The position numbers and the translations under genes were made by a program. Shown here piece after piece: positions 1 to 12,950 of a DNA stretch of 64,000 nucleotides; the stretch's first letter is position 1; every line of letters starts with the position of its first letter. The notes beneath the pieces were generated by a model, which was given only the letters and a program-made list of their open reading frames with translations, was not told the DNA's origin and made no database searches. This DNA is from Chiloscyllium plagiosum (taxonomy: Eukaryota), in NCBI RefSeq assembly GCF_004010195.1, contig NC_057718.1:10212009-10276008 (forward strand), in the 5' to 3' direction.

Positions 1-163
1 CTTTTATCTTAGCTTGCTGGACCAACTTTCCTCATTCCTGAAGAAGGGCTAATGCCCGAAACGTCGATTCTCCTGTTCCCTAGATGCTGCCTGACCTGCT
101 GCGCTTTTCCAGCAACACATTTCCATCTCTGATCTCCAGCATCTGCAGACCTCACTTTCTCCT
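1..163 (+). mobile_element. Penelope-derived terminal repeat (pLTR) fragment with hammerhead core
   Basis: ctgaaga-a-gggc-taat-gccc-gaaa-cgtc at 38-65; ends ctcactttctcctc like the other copies. Confidence 0.75.
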
Positions 164-216
164 CAAACATATGAGTAGAAAGCAGGAGACAACAGCTTCG
201 CTTCACTTGGAGGTCG

Positions 217-256
217 CCACTGATGATGTTACCGAGCCAGATAATGAAACGTCTGG
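217..256 (+). ncRNA. Minimal type I hammerhead ribozyme (second sequence type)
   Basis: CCA-CTGATGA-t-gtta(cc...ga)taat-GAAA-C-GTC-TGG: stem I CCA/TGG, conserved core, palindromic ACGT stem III, GUC cleavage triplet. Confidence 0.65.
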
Positions 257-292
257 ATATCAAACCTACAGCTCAGCAAGCAAACCTACACC

Positions 293-530
293 CCCTGACT
301 GTGTGGAGTTTGCACATTCTCCCCGTGTCTACGTGGGTTTCCTCCGGGTGCTCCGGTTTCCTCCCACAGTCCAAAGATGTGCAGATTAGGTGAACTGGCC
401 ATGCTAAATTGCCCGTAGTGTTAGGTGAAGGGGTAAATGTAGGGGTATGGATTGCACTTCGGCGGGGCGGTGTGGACTTGTTGGGCCGAAGTGCCTGTTT
501 CCATACTAAGTAATCTGACCTAATCTAATC
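293..530 (+). mobile_element. V-SINE (HE1-like), 5'-truncated
   Basis: V-domain tgtgtggagtttgcacattctccccgtgtct...cccacagtccaaagatgtgc, CR1-like tail and (taatc)n end. Confidence 0.85.
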
Positions 531-1989
531 CATGGAACTAAGCTCAGAACCCATTGTAGCAGTTGGCAGATTTTGAATTTAATTAATAAATCAGGAACAC
601 AAAGATAGTCTATGAAACTATCATTGACTGTTGTAAAAACCCATCTGGTTCACTGAGGCCCTTTAGGGAAGGTAATCTGCCCTCCTTACCCTGTCTGGCC
701 TATGTGTGACTTCAAATCTACAGCAATGGTGGTTGACTCTTAACTGCAGGTATTTACAATTTGTATTAAGGTGTTGGATAAGGAAAGCCAATATACTACA
801 ACCAGGTTTGCGGATCACACAAAAATAAGGGTTAAGATCACATTGTGAATGTTTTTGGGCCCCTTATCTAAGGAAAGATATACTAGTATATGGAAAGATA
901 TAATGGAGTGGAATCAGTACAGGACACAGGGTGTGAGGAACAGTAAGCTAAAAAGCAGTGGGAGTCAGTGAGAAATTTCTAATACAAAAGAAGACTCCAC
1001 TGCTTAGACCAGTAGCCTGAGAATTCTTATACTGATTGGTAAATCGGTTTTCTGTTTCAAACATTTTGAAATTTGTTCCATCTTTGTCAATCACAAATCC
1101 ACTTCCTCAGACAGCTTTCCATCCATCACACATTTTAATAATTTCTGGATTGCAAGTCCTAGAAAAACACTGGTGTATTGTTTCTTTTGAGGTACAAGGC
1201 ATGATAGTGATTCGACCTAACCACAAATTGCTTTGATCATTCAGGCAGTCTGTATTTCCAATTTCTCTTCCCCTTTTGGTTACAAGTGAAAATATCCAAC
1301 CCCAATAACAAACTGAACGAGCCCCACAAACATCCTCCAGTAACTGTAACCACAGCATGTCAATTTGTCAATTTCCCAAAACCAACTAAATCTCTGTGTT
1401 TATCCAATGTCTTAACAAAGACAGTTTCTCAAGAGCTCGACTGACCTCATACATGAGAGGAATTACAAGACCAAAGAGACTGAGGCAGTCACATGCACCT
1501 CCAACCGTCAGTAAGGGAGACCTTAATGATTAGCCATCAGTGGATAATATTCAGCAAGAGAAACAATGACTGGTCCAGTATCTGAGGTGCTGTTTTCAAG
1601 AGGAAACCTTGATCAGAAGACAATGCAATGAGGCCCAACTTAGGGCCAGCAGAGATCAAAATGAAAGTGTCTTGTGATATGTGTGTGAGTGAAGTGATGG
1701 GGGCAGCACAGAGCAGACATTACTTGCTATGAACTTGCTCTGTACATCCAGTGGCCAGTTATGCAGAGTTGGATTTAACTCACTACAGCTTCTGTGCTCT
1801 GTAAAACTGGCCCGAAGCTGCCTTAATCCTGTTTAACTGAGTAAAACTCTAGCTGAAATAATTGGCATGAGGAGAGGTAAATATAAAGAACTTGCATTTA
1901 TATAGCACCTATCAGAATGTCTCAAATCTTTTCAGAATGAATCATGGTGTGATGTCTGCTACCAATAATGAGATAGATTCACAGTTAAT

Positions 1990-2255
1990 TTGTACTTCAA
2001 TACTGATTGAGGAATAAATATTAGCCACGACACCAGACAGAACATTTCCTCGGGTCTTTGAAGAGTACCACAGGATCTATTACACACATCTAGGAGAGGC
2101 ACAATGGCCTCAGTTTAGCATCTGATCTGAAAGACAGCACCCTGGACAGTGCAGCACTCTCTTAGTGTCACTTTGTTTCAGAATCCCAAGCCTCTGGAGT
2201 GGGACTTGAACCCATGACCTGGTGACTTGGTGATGAGGATGTTACCCACCGAACC
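1990..2255 (-). mobile_element. Old Deu-domain SINE (SacSINE1/AmnSINE-like); related copies at ~25095-25330 (-) and ~63890-64000 (+)
   Basis: tRNA-like B box (ggacttgaaccc on +) and tctgaaagacagcacc...cagtgcagcactc, recalled as Deu-SINE sequence. Confidence 0.55.
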
Positions 2256-2717
2256 AGCAATAATTCTTTAAATATATTGATCTATTGCTTAATGGTCTTT
2301 AATGTAGCCTTGGAGAAGCTGTAACTAACTATATATCACCTCTGCACTGATACTCAAGAGTACAGTAACCCTGGGTGTATATGATTCACAGCGAAAGGGG
2401 AAGAGAAACTCCATCGCAGGGTTAACAGTTTTCATCAGAGTCTGCAGATTATCACAAGGAAATATAAGGGGAAATTACAAAAGTAGAAACAGAAACCAAC
2501 ATCTCTCCAGTTAAAAGGGGAGAGAGGAGCACAGTCTGAGGAACACAAAATCTAAATTCCATTGGACATTGCTCTGAAGACACCTTCAAAATTGAGATTT
2601 TCAGACTGAGAGTCTGATTGTAAAAATCAGCAAAACTAGAACAGGAGAAAGAGGATTCAATCAGCTGATTGCAGGCTATTGAACCAGGAGAGGAATAGCA
2701 ATCTGCAGAGGCTGGAC

Positions 2718-3017
2718 ATGGGGACAGGGAGGCTGCCGTTCTTCCTGCTGTTACCACTGCTGGTTCCTGGGGCAGTGCAAGGGGAGGTAATCCAGGATTT
2801 CAGCCAATGCGCCTGGTTCTTTCAGGGAAAGGTGCCACCACAGGGTTTCGACACTCAGAACCGCGTCAAAATCTGCCAGAGGTACAAGAACCATTACCAC
2901 TTTGTAACCTTGTACCGCACCGAGCTGAGAAACCCCGTCTACTCGGCATACAGGTATCCCTGCACCATGGGCATTCAGGCAAAACAGAGACCCAGGCCAT
3001 GGTTTTATGAGCCACAG
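2718..3017 (+). CDS. ENDOD1-like: ENDOD1-like secreted DNA/RNA non-specific endonuclease, coding exon 1 (100 codons)
   Basis: ATG at 2718 opens a signal peptide (MGTGRLPFFLLLPLLVPGAVQG). It is followed by C..FF...PP.GF, KICQRYKN.YHFVTLY....RNPVYSAY and WFYEPQ, typical of fish ENDOD1-family N-termini. Donor CAG|GTAAGT at 3017/3018, phase 0. Confidence 0.88.
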
Positions 3018-3099
3018 GTAAGTGTTAGTAACTAGACTGTTCACTGTGTACCACAGACAGAACATCGCTTGGATACAAAAAGCCCTAAGCCTGATAAGC

Positions 3100-3945
3100 A
3101 TCCAAATCGGTGGCATAATAGACAATGAAGAAGGTTTTCTAAGATTAAAATGGGATCTCGATAAATTGATTAAATGGGCTGAAAAATAACAGATGGAGTT
3201 TAATTTGGATAAATGTGAGGTATTGCATGTTGGTACAACAAACAAGGACAGGACTAATACAATTAATGGTAAGTTTCCTGGGGAGTGTTGTACAGAGGGA
3301 CCTAAGGTGGCTAATTCTTTGAAGTTTGCGTCACATATAGACAGGGTGATTAAAAAGGCATTCAGCATGCTGGCCTTCATTGCTTAGTCCTTTGAGTATA
3401 GAAGTTCAGAAATCATGTTGAGGACATTGGTGAGGCCTCTACTGGAACACTGTGTCCAGTTCTGGTCACCCAGTTACAGGAACAATACTATTAAGCTGGA
3501 GAGGGTTCAGAAGAGATTTACCAGGATGTTGCCGGCTATTGAAGGTTTTAGCTATAAACAAAGGCTGGATAGGCCGGCTCATTTTTCACTGGAGCGTAGG
3601 AGGTTCAGAGGCAACCTTACAGAAGTTTATAAAATAATAAGGGGTATAAATAAATAATGTTAATAGTACTTGGCTTTTCCCTAGGACAGGGGATTTCAAA
3701 ACTAGGGGGCACATGAGGGACAAACCTTTTACACAGAGGGTGGTTCGTGTGTGGAATGCAGTTCCTGAGGAATTGGTGGATATGTGTACAATTACAATGT
3801 TTAAAAGACATTTGGATAAGTACACGAATAGGAAATGTTTGGAGGGATATGGGTCAGGAGCAGGGAGATGGGACTAGTTTAGTTTGGGATTATGTTCGGC
3901 ATGGATTGGCTGGACCAAAGCCTCTGTTTCGATGTCTTATGGGTC
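3100..3945 (+). mobile_element. CR1-type LINE 3' fragment
   Basis: MEFNLDKCEVLH, LVRPLLEHCVQFWSP, LERVQKRFTRMLP; frameshifted. Confidence 0.9.
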
Positions 3946-4512
3946 TAATCACAGGGCTCTCCAAGATTTCTCGATGTTGGGAGGATAAATTGGAATTGGG
4001 AATTCACAAATCCAGGCTTGATTTTGCAGACACTGAGCGGCCAAGTCGACTGCATTTTTTTTTTGAGAACAGCCCAAGCTTTGCTGATCTATCTGAAAAA
4101 TGAAAATCAGATCCAAATGGAATCTGACTGATGGAAAATGAGCACAATACACTCAATCTGCTGGAGTGTCACAGGCTGGCCCAGAATTTATTACCCACCC
4201 TTAATTGCCCTTGAGAAGGTGGTGGTGAGCTGCCGTCTTGAAGCCCCATAGTTCAGGTGGTGGACAAACACCCACGGTGCTATTTGGGAAAGCGATCCAG
4301 GATTGTGACCCAGTGACACTGAAGGAATGGCGATTTATTTCCAAGGAAGGATGGTGTGTGGTTTTGAGAGGAATTTAAAGGTGATGGTGTGTTTCTATTT
4401 TAGTATCTCTTACGCTGTTTGATGTCAAATGTTCTGATTGTCCTCCTACCCTAGAGCCACATTCAAGGCACTAGATCAATGCAACTTGTTATCTGGTCTG
4501 TCTGTAATTAAT

Positions 4513-4640
4513 TCCTGAAGAAGGGCTCATGCCCGAAAAGTCGATTCTCCTGCTCCTTGGATGCTGCCTGACCTGCTGTGCTTTTCCAACAACACATTTT
4601 CAGCTCTGATCTCCAGCATCTGCAGTCCTCACTTTCTCCT
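4513..4640 (+). mobile_element. Short Penelope-derived insertion in the ENDOD1-like intron
   Basis: 13-bp TSD gtctgtaattaat (4500-4512, 4641-4653). Hammerhead core with stem III mutated (gaaaagtc). Confidence 0.8.
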
Positions 4641-4874
4641 GTCTGTAATTAATGTCCTGCTGCATATTGCCAGCTATTATTGCAGACATGCTTGAATTGT
4701 TTACTCAGTTAAACTCATTAAAAGATATCTCATTCGCAAGTGTAAAAGAAAAATTCAAAATTAAAATGCACTCCCATTCTATCTACAATTTATTTTGTGG
4801 TGATGAGTAATTTCATTCTCGCAGTGTGATCTGTAAAGGAGGGCTATGTTTGTTGGTGTGAAGGAGATTTTTTT

Positions 4875-5815
4875 TAGCAATCTAGATGAAGGAACACAGG
4901 GAATTGTTGATAAGTTTACGGATGACACAATGACAGCTGGAGGGACAGTTCGTATTGAGCAAGCAGGGTGGTTCCGGAAGGACTTGGACAGGCTAGGAGA
5001 GTGACAGATGGAATACAGTGTGGGAATGTGTGAGGTTATGCACTTTGGTAGGAAGAATAGAGGCGCAGACTATTTTCTCAATGGGGAAAGGCTTTGGAAA
5101 CATGAAGCACAAAGTGACTTGGGAAGTCTAGTTCAACATTCTCTTAAGGTTAACATGCAGGTTCAGTTGGCAATTAGGAAGGAAAATGCAACGTTCACAT
5201 TCATTTCAAGAGGGCTAGAATACAAGAGCAGGGATGTACTGCTAAGACTATATAAGGCTTATACAGACCCCAGTTGGAATTTTGTGATCAGGTTTGAGCC
5301 CCATATCCAAGGAAGGATGTATTGGCATTGGAGACAGTCCAAAGGAGGTTTACAAGAATGATCCCAGGGATGGAAGGTTTGTCATATGAGGAGCGGTTGA
5401 GGACCCTGGGTATGAACTTGATGGAATTTAGAAGGATATGGGGGGATCTAATTGAAACTTATGCAATACTGAGAGGCCTAGATAGAGTGGGCATGGAGAA
5501 GATGTTTCCACTAGTAGGAGAGACACAACCTCAGAGTGAAGGGATAACCTTTTAGAACTGAGATGAGGAGGAATTTCTTTAGTCAGAAGGTGGTGAATCT
5601 GTGGAACTCATTGCTGCAGAGGGCGGTGGAGGCCAAGTCACTGAGTGTCTTTAAGTGAAGAGATAGTTAGGTTCTTGATTAGTAAGGAGACCACAGGTTA
5701 TGGAGAGAAAGCAGGATAATAGGGTTGAGAAACATATCAGCCAAAATAAATGGGAGGAAAGGCTTAAATGAGTTGAATGGCCTAATTCTGCTCCTATTTC
5801 TTATGGTTTTATGGT
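4875..5815 (+). mobile_element. CR1-type LINE 3' fragment
   Basis: KFTDDT, CEVMHFGRKN, VQRRFTRMIPG; 3' tail cctaattctgctcctatttcttatgg. Confidence 0.9.
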
Positions 5816-5860
5816 TAAATTCAGACAATGTCCTCATGTGTTATTTGTTGCGGATTTTAG

Positions 5861-6508
5861 ATCGATGATCCACATGCCTCACCTGAAATGACCAGCAGCA
5901 ACAATACCTCCAGTGACTCTCAGGCAGTGGATGCAGATTACAGTGGCTCAGGGTATGATCGAGGTCATCTATATCCCTATTCCTTTAATAGGAATGACAG
6001 TGCTACAGCCACCTGCACCCTCACCAATGCCGTCCCACAGAAGCACAAAGCCAACGTGAACTGGGCAAAGGAGGCAGAATATTTCGTCCTGACGTTGGCA
6101 AAGATTTGCCACAAATCCGGCCGCTCGGCCTACTTGGTGACGGGCTCAGCCAATTCCACCACCATCAAAATGAAGAACAAGGTGATGGTGCCTGGGGTAG
6201 CCTGGACTGCCCTTTGCTGCACTTCCTCACCAAGCCCAAATACTGATCCCTGTCTAAACAACCACGTGTGGTCAGAGGGACAGGATGTACCGAGGTACGA
6301 TAAAGACTTCTCTGCTGCTTTCAAGAAAAGGATGTTGCCAGAACAGCCAGCAGTCAGACTGACAGTGAGGGAGCTGCAGAAGGAGCTGGGAGTGGGCACG
6401 ATATTTGAGAGTTGCAGAGGTACAAGTGCAGATGATGAGGTGGAGACCTTCAAAGATGTGACCCTCCTGATTGAAGCAGTAATGTCTAACCAGAGGGGAC
6501 TCAGTTAG
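5861..6508 (+). CDS. ENDOD1-like: ENDOD1-like endonuclease, coding exon 2 (215 codons + stop)
   Basis: Acceptor ttgcggattttag| at 5860 gives a phase-0 join (EPQ|IDDP). Contains QAVDADYSGSGYDRGHLYP (His-Me finger DRGH motif), TCTLTNAVPQ...N and YLVTG...VPGVAWTALCC. TAG at 6506-6508. Confidence 0.9.
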   Translation: MDDPHASPEMTSSNNTSSDSQAVDADYSGSGYDRGHLYPYSFNRNDSATATCTLTNAVPQKHKANVNWAKEAEYFVLTLAKICHKSGRSAYLVTGSANSTTIKMKNKVMVPGVAWTALCCTSSPSPNTDPCLNNHVWSEGQDVPRYDKDFSAAFKKRMLPEQPAVRLTVRELQKELGVGTIFESCRGTSADDEVETFKDVTLLIEAVMSNQRGLS

Positions 6509-6879
6509 GAAACGGTTGTCAGTCTTTGCAATAACATGCTGTCTCCTTTCAGCGATTGGGCTTCAGCGAATCTAGTGGCTGAGGTTTGCAAATTTGCTGC
6601 AAATTCTCACAGCCATGAAACTGCGATCTAAGGTGTGCAATTTTTAACATTCTATTTCACTGTTTGGATTTTTGAACAAGTGGCATGTGGGATTTGGATT
6701 GTGTTTATGAAGGAGGTTAATAATTAACTAGTACACATTTCTATAGCCACGGTGATTTATTTTATTTTAAAAGACAGTTATGAGGTAGGGACTGCCTGCA
6801 GCATAGGGTTTTGTTTTCATTCAGTGAGTGTTATCAGTGAACAAAATGAACAGTTGACTTTGGTTAGAAGAGGATTTGG

Positions 6880-7720
6880 AATTAGAACAAAGAAAATTTA
6901 CAGCCCAGGAACAAGCCCTTCGGCCCACCAAGCCTGTGCCGATCCAAATGTACTATCTAAACCTATCGGTCAATTCCTAAGCATCTGTATCCCTCTGCTC
7001 CCCAACTACTCATGCATCTGTCCAGACGCATCTTAAATGAATCTACCGTGCCTGCCTCTACCACCTCTGCTGGCAACGCGTTCCAGACGCCCACCACCCT
7101 CTGTGTGAAGTACTTGCCGAGTGTATCCCCCTTAAACTTTCCACCTCTCACCTTGAAAACATGACCTTTCGTTATGGAAGCCTTCGCCCTAGGAAAAAGC
7201 TTATCTCTAACCACCCTGTCTATACCCTTCATGATTCCGTAAACCTCAAATCAGGTCCCCCCCATCTCCTTTTTTCTAAAGGAAATAAACCTAACCGACT
7301 CAACCTCTCTTCATAGCTAGCACCTTCCATACCAGGCAACACTCTCGTAAACCTTCTCTGCGCCCTCTCCAAAGCATGCATATCTTTTTGGTAGTGTGGC
7401 AACCAGAAATGTACACAGTATTCTAAATGTGGCAGAACCAACATCCTGTACAACGTTAACATGACTTGCCAGCTCTTATACTCAATACCCCGTCCAACGA
7501 AGGCAAGCTTACTATACACCTTCTTGACCATTCTATCCACTTGTGCAGCAACCTTCAGGGTATAATGGACCTGCACTCCCAGATCTTTCTGCCATCAATG
7601 TTTCCCAAGGCTCTTCCGTTCATTGTATAATTCGGTCTAGAATTAGTCTTGCCTAAATGCATCACCTCACATTTGTCTGGATTGAAAACCATCTGCCACT
7701 TTTTTGCCCAACTCTCCAGT
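6880..7720 (-). mobile_element. CR1-type LINE 3' fragment
   Basis: PHLEYCVHFWLP, ERAQRRFTRVLPG, FTQRVVGVWNALP. Confidence 0.9.
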
Positions 7721-9599
7721 CTGGATTTTATTTTTGGTTTAGGAACACACTCAGTTTGGAAAGCTTTTTGTTTTCAGTGTGCAGGAGTCCTGGCTAAAGC
7801 TGGGTATTTTAATCAGTTGCTCTTGAAGAAAGAAGTAAGGTTGGAATTGTTAAAAATAGGTTCCTTCAGTGTAAAGAGTTCTGTTTGAATGTTCCAGACC
7901 AGAAGTCTTTGGTTAGAACCCTGAAAGGAATATTGGAGTAGAGAAAATCTACAATCGTATGAATAATCATTGAAGAGGCTAGCAGATTCTGAAGACCAGT
8001 TAAGACAAATCCTATAGAAGTGATACCAGGGAATAATTCCTTTCTGTATGAGTACTGTAAAGGGGTGCTGGGGATTAATAAGATTGTATTCTACTGCGTG
8101 TTTTGAAACAATAAACTTCTGTTATATGTCAATAGGTTGGTTTATTCTATTTTCATTTCTTTTGCATAATAAAGTTCTGCCTTATTGTTAAAACTACATC
8201 TATAGCATTGTGTGTTTGTCTAGATAAAAAGAATGATCAATCAAGCCAGATTTTAGCCTAGGCCTGATCTATCCGCTAATAACATTAGCTGAGACCACAA
8301 CAATATTTTAGTCTGTTAGTCTCATGAACAGTTATACTGAATAAAGATAATATCATTAGTGTCACATTGTTAAACACATAACTCAGAATGTGAACTGTCA
8401 CTATTCTTACAATTTCATAATGTGTCACAGTCTGTCATTCATAGGACACAGAGTAAGAGCAGGCCATTCAGCCCCTCAAGCCTGCTATGTGAGTCAATGC
8501 ATTCATGCATTCTGAACGTTAACTCTACTTACTCACTTGGTTCCATCCCCCAGAATACTCCTACCAATCAAAAAGCTAGCAATCGCGGTTTTCAAATTTG
8601 CAACTGAACCTCAGCCTCAACAGTTTTTTGTTGGAGGGAGTTCCAGATTTTTGCTCGCCACTGTGGGGTGCTGTGTTTCCTGACATCACCTGTCAACAGC
8701 CTGGCTTAAATTTTAAGGTGTTCTCCAAGTTCTAGAGACCCCCACCCAACACCAGAGCAAGTAATTTATCAATATCTACCCATTCTAGCAGATCATGGTT
8801 TGCAATGCAGAATGATGTCAGTAGTGTGGGCTCAATTCCATGCTCTGGTTACCATGAAGGAGTCTCCTTCACAATCTCTTCCCTTATCTGAGGATTGGTA
8901 ACCCTCTGGTTAAACCATCACCCATCATCTCTCTCTAATGAGAGATACCCCTATGGTCTACTGGAACTATGTCAACTTTTACCTTAGCAGATGCTTTAAT
9001 CATCTCAAACAGCATAACTACACCATTTCCTCATCTTCTCCTACAAATGTAAGTCTACCTCATGTCATTTTTCCGCATCATATAAATCTTTCTGCCTCTA
9101 TTAAACCTATTCCGTGCTGCCTCCAAGATTAGTATTTCTTTCCTGAGACTTGGTGCCCAGAATAAAAAATTTGGCTCTGGGCACATCTCTATGTAACCAC
9201 AACATGACTTCCACTCCATTACACTGTAGGCTCCTTGAGATAAAGTTTATCACTCTGTTATAGAACTGCAGAGGTCCATTTGGCCTATGATGTCTTTGCA
9301 AGCTCTCGGAAACAGCAACTCACCCAGTTTCACACTCACACCCTTTCCCCATAGCCATGAAAATATTTTGCCTGCGGGTAATGAGTAAATTCCTTTTTGA
9401 AAGCCATGATTGAATTGACCTCCAACACAAAGAGGACTGGGTGAGGTAACAGGCCTTGCATCACCGAGAGAAGCAGGCAAGGTGAGGCAGGGAGTACAAA
9501 AGGAGGTTGACGTTCGGATGGAATTAGAAATTAAAATTGCAATTAAGTGTACCTGGAAAGCAGAGGGAACACAGATGAGATAATAAAGAACTGTGTTTG

Positions 9600-11340
9600 G
9601 CAAGGTTGAGGGCAGAGAAAGGGCATGTTGGATTATGATATAACAGCTATGATTGGAACCTGGCTAGACCTGGTCAGGATTGGCAGCTCAACATTCCCAG
9701 TCACAAGATTTTAAGATGAGATAAAGAAAGGGACAGAAGAAGATGGGGGTTGCAATATCAAGCAAGCAATCAGCAAGGAAGGATGATATCTTGCAAAGAT
9801 CATCAAATTAGGTCAGATGGGTCGAAGTAATAAACACAAAAGGGACAAACACGTTGTTAAATGTGTACAATAGACCCCCAACAATGAGGGGGAGATAGAG
9901 GTAACACAGTGGCTCAGTAGTTAGCACCGCTACCTCATGGTGACAGGGATCCGGATTTGATTCCACCCTTGGATGACTGCTTGTACAGAGTTTGCACATG
10001 CTCTGTGTTTGTGCGAGTTTCCTCCCATAGTCCAAAGATGTGCAGGTTAGCAGGATTGGTCATGCTAAATTGCCCATAGTGTCTGGGGAGATGTGGGTTA
10101 GCCATGGGAAATGCTGGGTTATAGGGTAGGGGAATGTGATGCTCTTCAGAGGATTGGTGTTTATTTGATGGGCCAAATGGCCGGCTTCCACACTGTAGGG
10201 ATTCTAAGTGGATCAAACAGGTAATATGTTTCAGAGCAGTGTAGGAAAAATAAGGCAATAATCATGGGAGATTTGAACTACTAAGATAATAACTGGAATA
10301 TTTTTAATGCACAATGTATGAAAGGAGTGAAATTCTTAAAATTGCACAGAGGATAAATTTTTCAGCCATGGTATAGAAAACCTAATAATGGAGGGAGCAG
10401 ACCTGTACCCAATATTCAGAAATGAGCCCTGGCAATTAATAGGTGTATCAGTAAGGGAGCATCTTGGAGATAGTGACCATAATTTAGATTTAGGACAGTT
10501 ATGGAAAACGTCAAGGATGGGTCAGAAATAAAAGCTTGAAAGGGGGGAAAAAAGGCTAATTTTACCAGGACAAGATGCAATGCTACCTGGGTGGACTAGG
10601 GGCAGCTATTTGCAGATAAAATGTCAGAGCACTTGGAGTCAGTCAAGGAAGAGATAGGGAAAGTTCAAGGAAAACATGTTCCCAGAAAGGCAAAGTGTGG
10701 GACCAAAACCACAGAACCCTGGATTTCCTGGGACGTAAAGAGTAGGATTAAGAAGAAAAAAAATAGAAGATTATGCAGATATTGAAGGCACAATGAAGTA
10801 ACATGTCCAGAGAAATATAAAAAGGAAAGGGAGACCTTTAAAAGGAAGATAGGAAAGCAAAAAAAAAGTGCATGAGAAACATTGCCAGGAAGAGTAAAGA
10901 AAAGCTTGTATGAATTTTTTTTAGAAACATATAAAGAGTAACAGACTACCTAGGGAAAGTGTAGGATCCATGAGGGACCAAAGTGTGTGTGTGTGGACCT
11001 GGAAGATGTATCATGATCCTCAATTAAAACTTTGCACTGGTTTTCACAATAGAAAATGACGATGCAGGCATAGACATTGGCATAGGGGCCTGTGAAACAT
11101 TAGAAGAAATGAACATGGAGAGAGCAAGAAGGTACTTGCAGGTTAAGCAGCCTTCAAAGTCGACAAATGTGCAGGGCACAGGAGAATAAAGGAGAATATT
11201 TTTCACTCAGACTGTGGGAGGAGTCTGGAAGTCATTGCCTGAAAGGGTGCAGTGAGCTGGAAAATGGGATCAGAGCAGTGAGATCTTTGTTGACCAGTAT
11301 AGGCATAATGGGCTGAATGGCCTCGTTCAGTGTTGTAAAC
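9600..11340 (+). mobile_element. Decayed CR1 LINE (endonuclease region) with a V-SINE inserted at ~9903-10205
   Basis: Remnants of YRPP, IIMGDLN and EHLGDSDHN; tRNA-head/V-domain SINE in the middle. Confidence 0.7.
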
Positions 11341-11894
11341 ATCTATAAATCTATATACTGTCAGGCCATATATATTCCAGATCCTAACCACTCACCATGT
11401 AAAACATTTCTCCTCACCGTCACCTTTCATTCCTTTGTCAATCATCTTAAATCCATCAGCCCTGGTTCTCGAATCTTCCCCCAAGTGTAAAATCTGCTCA
11501 GTCTAGGCACACAGGAGATTTTCAATTCTCTGTTGTACCTGGCCTTTGGCTTTTAGTCATTTCTGAAATGGGACCTTTAAATCATATCAATTTCCTGCCA
11601 GTCCTTTCCAACATACTGAACGTTTTTCCTGTTATTCATTTGTCGACAGTTTTATCTCCCTCCTGACATTTCATGCTAAAATTCTTCCACATTATTGTTC
11701 AGTCACACTGTAACTAAACCCCAGGCAAGATGTCCATTCTGAAGATTATGAACCATTTCAGAATCCTAAGTGAATACTGCTCCCAAATTGCTTAATCCCT
11801 CAGCGGAGTTCTCTCCAATTAAGGGATCTTTTCGCTTGCTCACTTGGGGCCCCCATTCTCCACTAATCCACAATCCAAAATTGTACTGTTTGAC

Positions 11895-12950
11895 AGACTA
11901 GATAGACTGGGGTTGCTTTATTTACAGCAGAGACAGCTGAGAGGGGATCTGACTGAGGTATACATGAAAGGCATGGAATCATGATCAGAGAATGTCTGTA
12001 GTACAGAAAGAGGTCACGTGTAGGAGGCTGAGGGGTGATCTTACAGAGGTTTATAAAATCATGAGGGGCATGGATAGGGTAAATTGAAAAGATTGTTTCC
12101 CTGGGGTAGGGGATCCCAAAACCAGACGGCATAGGCTTAAGGTGAGAGGGGAAATATTTAAAAGAGACCCAAGGGGCAACCTTTTCATGCAGAGGGTGGT
12201 GCATGGATGGAAAGAGCTGCCAGAGGTGGTGGTGGGGGCTGGTACAATTGCAACATTTAAACGTCATCTGGATGGGTATATGAATAGGAGGGGTTAACAA
12301 GGATATGAGCCAAATGCTAACAAATGAGACTACATTGTGATATATGGTCTGCATCTACAAGTTGGACGGAAGGGTCTGTTTCCATGCTGTACAGCTCTGA
12401 CTCAGAGTGTACCGACCCTCCAAAATGCATCCCACCCAGACCCCTACCCTATCCCTGCAATCCTCCTGGCCAGCTCATCCCTGGATACCATGAGCAATTC
12501 AGCATGGCCAATCCACCCTAACCTGACATCTCTAGACTGTGGGAGGTAACTGCAGCACCCAGAGGATACCCCCTCAGTCACAGGAGAACACAGAACCCCA
12601 CACCAATAGTCACCAGAAGTTGAAGTTGAACTCGGGTCCTTGGCGCTGTGAGACAGCAGTGTTAACCACTGTGGCGGTGAAAGGAAAAAACTTCTTCCCT
12701 TAATAGAGGGGTCAGTAACCAAAGTCCACAGTTTGAGGATAAGAAGTAAGAGGTTTTGGGGAGATTTAAGGAAACATTTTTACATCCAGTTGGTAGAAGT
12801 GGGAATTCTCAAGACATTTTAGATGAACACCCGAAATGGCGTAACAAGTAAAGCTATGGACCAAGTGCTGGAAGATGGGTTTAGAATAGATGGATGTTTG
12901 GTGACCAACACAGACACAATGGGCTGAAGGGCCTCTTTCTGTACTGTAAA
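11895..12950. mobile_element. CR1 3' fragments (+) flanking a V-SINE (-, ~12400-12672)
   Basis: CR1 3' motifs (gaggtttataaaatcatgaggggcatggatagg) and a reverse V-SINE. Confidence 0.8.

Noticed and set aside
2751..3380. 209-aa minus-strand ORF
   Set aside because: Antisense shadow of ENDOD1-like exon 1 plus CR1 sequence.
6687..8301. Solo LTR split by the CR1 at 6880-7720
   Set aside because: TG...CA ends and AATAAA motifs are suggestive, but there is no TSD or second copy to support it.
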